Shown one piece after another: positions 46,623 through 52,584 of a stretch of 52,584 bases of DNA; position 1 is the first letter of the stretch; the number at the start of each line of letters is the position of its first letter. The DNA comes from an archaeon (GTDB lineage Archaea > Thermoplasmatota > Thermoplasmata > WALJ01): positions 1 to 52,584 of the forward strand of contig JAJRTH010000075.1 of assembly GCA_024278375.1 (NCBI GenBank), in the 5' to 3' direction. The translations under genes were made by a program, and so were the position numbers. The notes beneath the pieces were generated by a model. That model saw only the letters and a program-made list of their open reading frames with translations. It made no database searches and had not been told where the DNA came from.

Positions 46623-49600
46623 TCAGAAGAACTTATAGAGGGTTTTAAACCTTGTCTCCTCGTTGTCGAAAAGGGATTCCATATTTCTCGCCAGAATCTC
46701 GACCCTCTGTGCCATATACGGAGATATTCTGTATTTGGTGGCCAGTCTCCTAGTTATCTTCACATATTTCTCCACACTGCTCTGATGCACCGTCAGAACG
46801 AGCTTTCCACCGCATTTTTCGCATTTTCCGTACAGAGGGACCCTCCTGTACTTCGTTCCGCAGGTCGTGCATCTGACCGTCTGGGTTGCGAACGCCCTCA
46901 TGTTTCCCATTATGTCCCTTATGAAATGACTGGAGATTATCTTCTCGGCCACGTATTTCTCGTCAACAGCGTCTATCTTCTCCGCAAGATTCATCTGGCC
47001 GTTTATTTTGTCTTCCATGGATTTCAGAACCGTGTATTTCGATTTTATCGGACCTTCGGAGATGTCCGTGGTATCGTGGGTAAAATCGAGATTCTCATAC
47101 TGTTCTTCCCTCCCAATCCTCTTTTTGACATGATCTATGAGGTTCGTAACATCCTTGGGATTGACATACTCCATCGTTGCCCTGTAGAATTCCAGCGGAT
47201 AGCGCTCCATGACATCCACATTGTGCGCCTCCTTGTCTATCTCCGCAGGCTTTATCTTCGTCGTGAGAACAAGGGGGGCGTCCATCAATCCGCCGCGGGT
47301 CGAGGGCAGAAAAGACCGTTAAAAGTTTATCAGACCGTCGAGAAGCAGCATTATGCAGTCTTCGTCGCCGTCGCAGTTCCTTCTCTTTGCCGTGTGGAAA
47401 TACGGATGAGCCAGCCCTATGTTCGCTCTGGTGTAGCCTATTATTCTGGCCAGAACCCCTCCCGATGTATGTGGTGCGAGCCCCATGACAAGATGACCTA
47501 TGAGGTCCTCAGGGCTCTCGGCATTGTAAAAGCGCGGGAGGCCGTATATCTTTTCCAGCTCGTCGTCCACGAATTTCGAGACCTTCAGCAGATATTCGCC
47601 GGCTTTTCTCGAGGGTATTATGTCCTGCGGCAGCAGTTCCAAGAGCTGGTTCTCGTCCACAAGTTCCTTACCCTCGACATCTTCGGTGTATCCCAGTCTC
47701 CGTGCCGTTTCCACGCCTATCCCTATCTCTCTGGGTCTGAAATGCGTCAGCGGGACATCGGTCATGTCGAACCTGCATGTGCCGTCCTTGAAAACGAAAA
47801 TCCCGTGTTTCGCCCTCAAAATGCCCTTTTCAAGTATTTCGGGCGTCTTTTCCCTGGAGATCATACCTTTGACGCCTTTTATATCCGGAATCCTTTCTCC
47901 GAGCTTTTCGGCCGCTTCCGCCAGAAGTTCCTTTATCGGCATATCCTGCTCACGCGCTCTGCCATCAAATACGGTGGGTCCGCCGCAAATGGGACAGTAA
48001 GGAAGTATGGTCCTCTTTTCGCATTCGCTGTTCGTGCATTTTCTTATACCGACCTCCACCTTTATCCTGCCTTTTCTGGCGGCTTCTTTTATCAGCCTCT
48101 GGTTTCCTCCGAATCCGCCTATGGGGAAGAGTATGTGTGGTGCCGGGTCCATCTTACGTTCCTTCGCCTTTTCCGGTCTCCCCATCCTTGCCCCAATTCT
48201 CGTCGGTGCCTTCGCCATTATCTTTATTCCGGAGAGTTCCGATACGAGAGAAAGAGCATCTTCCGATTCAGGAAGTTTTTCCGCATTGAACCCCTCCTTC
48301 GAGGGTTTCAATCCAAGTGTGTATGCGAGCGCTCTCCCCTTCCCTATGATGTATGTGCCATCTCTTGATTTATGGAGAGCTCCCAGTTTTATAAGGATTT
48401 CCTTTATATCTGCATTTTCTGGAATTTTCAGCCCCTCGCCCTCAAGTTCTCCTTTTTCTGCTATGTACTCCCTGAGTTTTCCTATCTCTCGGGGTTCCAT
48501 ATCGTGCCAGAAGAAATTGAAGCTCGGATGCAGAGGAACACCGTATTTTTTTGAGAATTCGAATGCTTCGTCCGCGCTCCAATTCGCGTGCCCCTCCGGA
48601 ATTTTCCCGTATTTTTCCTTGGCCTCGAGTTCCCACCATTCCACGGAAAACGATGCTGGCATTAGCGGATGGTTGTTCTCGAGGAACTCGCCGAACGGAA
48701 TTAGTATCTCACCGATATCAGCTATTCTTTTCACATCTTTTCTGAGACCTTTCATCTCCTCGCCGCTGTTTATCTGCACAAAATCCCCGTTCTTGAGGAG
48801 TACCATCGGCCCCTCTATGGTATCGCAGGGGGTAATCACTCCCGCTTTGCCGGGTCTTTCTATCTTTATCTGTGTGCCCAGGGCGGTAAAATCGTCCAGA
48901 ACATACATGGTCGCTGGATTCACCGCTATTGCCGCTATGCCTGTGGTTCTGCCCCTCCCGTATCTCAGTCTGAAACCTCCTTTTTTGCTCGGGTCGGCCA
49001 GTACGGGTCTGCCTGCGAGAACCTCCTTGATGAACTTGTAGTTCGGACCTATGGCATTTCCCTCCTTGGATTTTCCCTTGCCGTGCTTGTCTATGAACTC
49101 TCCTATGAAATCCCAGCCATCGATTTTCAGGGAATCCACATACTTCTTTATCTTGCTCGCTTTCAGGCACATGCCCTCTGCGATAACCAGACATGCACCC
49201 CCTCTGAGCCTGTTGGTCTCCACCCTCTGAAGATTTCTGTAACCTGAAACCTCCTCCTCTTCCGTACCCTCACCGTCTATGCATATCGGACAGTTCCTCA
49301 CAATGAGCTCTATCTCCTCCGGACTCGGTTTGTACTGAAGATGTTGTGCCCTCTCATAGAGAGGTATCTCTTCCTTGTATCTCTCAATCTCCTCATCTCT
49401 CGGCTTGTATCTGTCTATTCCGAACTCCCTTCTTACGACATCTCCTATGAGAACGCTCATGGCCTGTCCGGTTCCTCCGGCTGACCTTATGGGGCCAGCG
49501 AAGTATATGGAAAGATATCTCGTGCCGTCATCGTTCTCCTTTGTCCGGACACCCACTATCCCCTCCAGAGGCGCGACGAGTATGCCTTCGGTGAGCACCG

Positions 49601-49940
49601 CCAGCCCGAGTCTTATGGCGGTGTCTATGGCCTCTTCCATGCTGACGGTCTTTCTGAGCCTTTTTGCGGTTCTTTTCGCCATCTCGATGGCTATGAGCTC
49701 CCTGTTGTCCACCTCTTCGTTAAGCTTTCTTATCTCCTCAGCGACTCCCTCCACGGGATAACCCTGCTGGAGAAGGAGTTTCTCCACTCTCATGGCCAGG
49801 TCCCTCGCTCTGGGGATCTCCACCTCATCTTTCGGGTCCTTGTGTTTCTTCCTCGCACTCTCGGCTATCGCATAACAGCGTTCCGCCTCCGCTTCAAGTT
49901 CGTCGAAGTATTTCCCGATTTTTTCCGAATATTCCGCCAT
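46623..49940 (-). CDS. polC: DNA polymerase D large subunit DP2 (in-frame TAA at 47319-47321)
   Basis: AGPIRSAGGT, GGFRLRYGR and AKRRNCDGDED, then LINF*RSFLPSTRGGLMDAPL continuing in frame to the C-terminal Zn finger. Confidence 0.95.
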
Positions 49941-50033
49941 TTCTCATCCTTTTCCTGTGGAGTTGAGCGCCGCTTCATCCCTTTGTGTTGAAGGTATATA
50001 TGTCTTATGCTGTGAAAAAACTTAATACCCTTC

Positions 50034-50795
50034 ATGCATTCCCCTCCAATGCTCCGTATAAGAAATCTTGCCAGCGGAAGTTCCGGTAATTCCACGCTCT
50101 TATGGACGGATGAGACGGCGATACTCCTGGATGCGGGGCTGAGCGCTTTGCGGATTCGGAGGAGGATCGAGGACTCGGGGTTCGATATAGAGGAGATAGA
50201 GGCCATTCTGATATCTCACGAGCACATAGACCACATAAGAGGCATAGAGAGGCTGTCAAAAAGGTACGGGATAAGGGTCTATGCGAACGAGGGCACATGG
50301 CTCGGAATAAAGAAAGATGTGGAGAAAAGAGGAAAGCTGAAGGATGAGATGGTGTTTGGGGACATCAGGATTTCAAGCTTCCCTGTCCCGCACGATGCGA
50401 ACGATCCCGTTGGATTTCAGGTAATGCACAATGGAAACAAGGCGGTGGTCGTAACGGATGTCGGACATCCAACGAAATATCTGAAGAGCGCACTCAAAGA
50501 ATCATCAGTGATAATAATAGAATCGAATCACGATGTTGGCCTGCTCAAAAATGGCCCGTATCCGTACTATCTGAAGCAGAGAATTCTCGGTCCGGAAGGG
50601 CATCTTTCAAATGAGGACTGCGGGAAGGTTCTCAGGGAAGTGGTAAACGAGGACACGGTTGCGGTGATGCTGGCCCATCTCAGTGAGCACAACAACACAC
50701 CCGAGCTTGCGGAGAGAACCGTGAAGGAATATGCTGGAGAAGATGTGAGGATAATGCTCACAGGAAGGGAGGCAGCACCGGAGATAAGGCTATGA
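50034..50795 (+). CDS. MBL-fold hydrolase (YycJ/WalJ-like)
   Basis: LASGSSGN, SHEHIDH, PHDA, ESNHD, GHLSN and AHLSEHNN. Confidence 0.88.
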   Translation: MHSPPMLRIRNLASGSSGNSTLLWTDETAILLDAGLSALRIRRRIEDSGFDIEEIEAILISHEHIDHIRGIERLSKRYGIRVYANEGTWLGIKKDVEKRGKLKDEMVFGDIRISSFPVPHDANDPVGFQVMHNGNKAVVVTDVGHPTKYLKSALKESSVIIIESNHDVGLLKNGPYPYYLKQRILGPEGHLSNEDCGKVLREVVNEDTVAVMLAHLSEHNNTPELAERTVKEYAGEDVRIMLTGREAAPEIRL

Positions 50796-50854
50796 TTTTT
50801 CAAAAACATGGAGATGATGATTTAGACAACAGCAGAACCGGAAACCTTTTCGTT

Positions 50855-51781
50855 TCATAACTTGGACACATTCCTCTCTTCCCCCTCTTTCCACAGCTTT
50901 ATTCTCTCTGCTGCATGCCTGACCATGTCCTGAAACCAGTTCTTATAGGTTCCCGCGGAGTGGGGGCTCAAAACGATGTTTTCCAGCTCCTCAAAGGGAT
51001 AGTCCTGTTTGAACCCCTTTCCATAGTGCCACCAGACATCAATGGCAGCTGTGAACTCCGGGTTTTCTTTCAAATGCTCATAGAGGTCATTTTCGACGAC
51101 TATCTTTCCCCTTGAAATGTTCACGAGAACGGCATCCTTTTTCATAGAATTAAGCCTTTTTCTGTCGATGAGTCCCTTTGTTTCAGGTTTGAGCGGAAGG
51201 GTTACAAAAACGGCATCCGCCTCTTTCAGCATATCGTCCAGTTCGTCAATTGTTCCGATTCTTTCAACCGGAATATCTCCTTCATATCTCCCGCTCCGAT
51301 TTACTGCTGTTATCCTCATCCCAAGGCAGGAGAGCATCCTTCCAAGCTCCCGGCCAATGTGCCCGAAGCCGAGAATCAATGCCTTTTTTCCCCTTATAAG
51401 CCGGCTTTCAAGAAGCTGCGGAAACTCTCCATTTCTCATCTTTCTCTCGCGATATGGAATCTTTTTCATCGCGGAAAGGAAGAGCGCAAGTCCGTGCTCG
51501 GCAACTGACACCGCATTAGCTCCCGCGTTTGAGCACACAGCAACTCCTTCGGGAATAACGGAGAAATTGATGTGGTCCGTGCCTGCAGTGAGCGTCTGGA
51601 TCATCTTAAGCCCCTTCATCCTCGGAATAAGATGTTCAACATCGCGCCAGTGAAACACGAGGAGAACCTCGGCGCTCTCCACGAACTCATCATCAGCCTC
51701 ATCGAGGCACCTTATATCGGCATCGGGCAGGATTTCACGGACAATGTCAAGGTCCCGGCAGAATGATGTGAGGATTTTCAC
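50855..51781 (-). CDS. D-isomer-specific 2-hydroxyacid dehydrogenase
   Basis: AGTDH, SVAEH, GFGHIG, VNISRG, DVWW and SPHSAG. Confidence 0.9.
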   Translation of the reverse strand: MKILTSFCRDLDIVREILPDADIRCLDEADDEFVESAEVLLVFHWRDVEHLIPRMKGLKMIQTLTAGTDHINFSVIPEGVAVCSNAGANAVSVAEHGLALFLSAMKKIPYRERKMRNGEFPQLLESRLIRGKKALILGFGHIGRELGRMLSCLGMRITAVNRSGRYEGDIPVERIGTIDELDDMLKEADAVFVTLPLKPETKGLIDRKRLNSMKKDAVLVNISRGKIVVENDLYEHLKENPEFTAAIDVWWHYGKGFKQDYPFEELENIVLSPHSAGTYKNWFQDMVRHAAERIKLWKEGEERNVSKL

Positions 51782-52000
51782 GGATGGGAATTGGAGTGGG
51801 GATAAATAGGTTTAGGGGTGAAACCTAAACAATATATTTTCTATTGAAATATTGTATGCTATTAGTAAAAAAGTTTAAAAAGTATAAACAATATAGGGAT
51901 TCGTGAGCATTCATTCCAGAAAAACATTAGATAAATATCCGTTAAAAATAGTTAGATGCTATCTTATAAATATATCTCATTATGCAAAAGGAGAAGATAA

Positions 52001-52446
52001 ATGGAAACAATAAATCTCATTCCAAAAAAATTGAAAATATCGGATAAATTCGAAAAAGATGCGGATGTAGTGTTGTATATAGGAGACACTCTCGAATTAC
52101 TTGACCAAATCCCTGATGAAACAGCGTCTTTAGTTGTAACTTCTCCACCATACAATATAGGAAAACCTTATGAGAAAAGATTGGATTTAAACATATATGT
52201 AAAGCAGCAAGAAAAAGTAATAAAAGAAGCTGTTAGGATAACAAAAGAGAATGGAAGTATATGCTGGCAGGTTGGAAATTACGTTGAAAACGGAAGAATA
52301 ATTCCTCTTGACATATTGTTGTATCCAATTTTTGATAAATTGGGATTGAAATTAAGAAACAGAATAGTATGGCATTTCGGTCATGGACTCCACGCAAGAA
52401 AAAGATTTTCAGGCAGATATGAGGTAATATTATGGTTTACAAAATC
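52001..52446 (+). pseudogene. N4-C/N6-A (beta-class) DNA methyltransferase, interrupted by IS
   Basis: VTSPPYN motif IV and RNRIVW...RYEVILWFTKS, then an abrupt switch into the IS end; AT-rich. Confidence 0.8.
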
Positions 52447-52584
52447 GAGACTGCCAAGTTAAGAAATCCAGTAATTGTAGAATAGAATGAAGGATTCCAA
52501 CCATGATTCCACCGTTGCTATCCTTGCATTTTCTGGAAATCTGTTCCAGAACCTTTTGGTTCTGGATTTCAGCACATCGAACCA
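52447..52584 (-). mobile_element. IS6-family insertion sequence, one end (transposase C-terminus 52459-52584)
   Basis: Minus frame WFDVLKSRTKRFWNRFP...VESWLESFILFYNYWIS*, followed by terminal TAACTTGGCAGTCTC; resembles archaeal IS6 transposase ends. Confidence 0.75.

Noticed and set aside
46305-48368. 687-aa + strand ORF (also 9614-10828, 15794-16771, 27242-28183, 35221-36267, 48007-49041)
   Set aside because: Antisense shadows of well-supported genes with no recognisable motifs
46623-49940. Naturally split or intein-containing DP2
   Set aside because: The two parts are in frame and contiguous across one stop codon, with no intein sequence near RRNCDGDED
1-52584. CRISPR array, rRNA genes or provirus
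   Set aside because: No regularly spaced repeats, rRNA-like tracts, integrase or capsid genes noticed by eye

Overview
Archaeal chromosomal window. Top6A/B, PolD DP2, FEN1, XPD, S3Ae, aIF1A/RIO1/KH, a PGF-CTERM protein and an intron-containing tRNA-Met point to an archaeon; a Thermoplasmata-like lineage is my impression only. Most of the window is housekeeping and metabolism: Trk K+ uptake, korDABG, a bacterial-type citDEF citrate lyase with an MHS transporter, QueH, FtcD, ArgRS and four tRNAs. The most notable element is an apparently uncharacterised signalling locus at 17280-25841. It is a tight 8-gene + strand operon: CheF-like PH+wHTH protein, V4R+wHTH protein, KaiC/RAD55 ATPase, Roadblock-like protein, coiled-coil protein with two wHTH domains, two paralogous V4R/MetOD-like proteins (one Cys-rich, one degenerate) and a GNAT. 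It converges on a GvpD-like double KaiC ATPase plus a Roadblock/LC7 gene. A Rab-like GTPase operon at 35-37 kb encodes a small helical protein resembling the C-terminal domain of the operon's Roadblock-like protein. Four genes (korA, GNAT, KH/Dim2, polC) carry single in-frame stops, each one G:C>T:A change from a sense codon, most likely sequence artefacts. The leaders of tRNA-Val and tRNA-Ala contain rearranged copies of parts of these tRNAs. At the right edge an AT-rich DNA methyltransferase gene is interrupted by an IS6-like element. All family assignments were made by eye from motifs; no searches were run.
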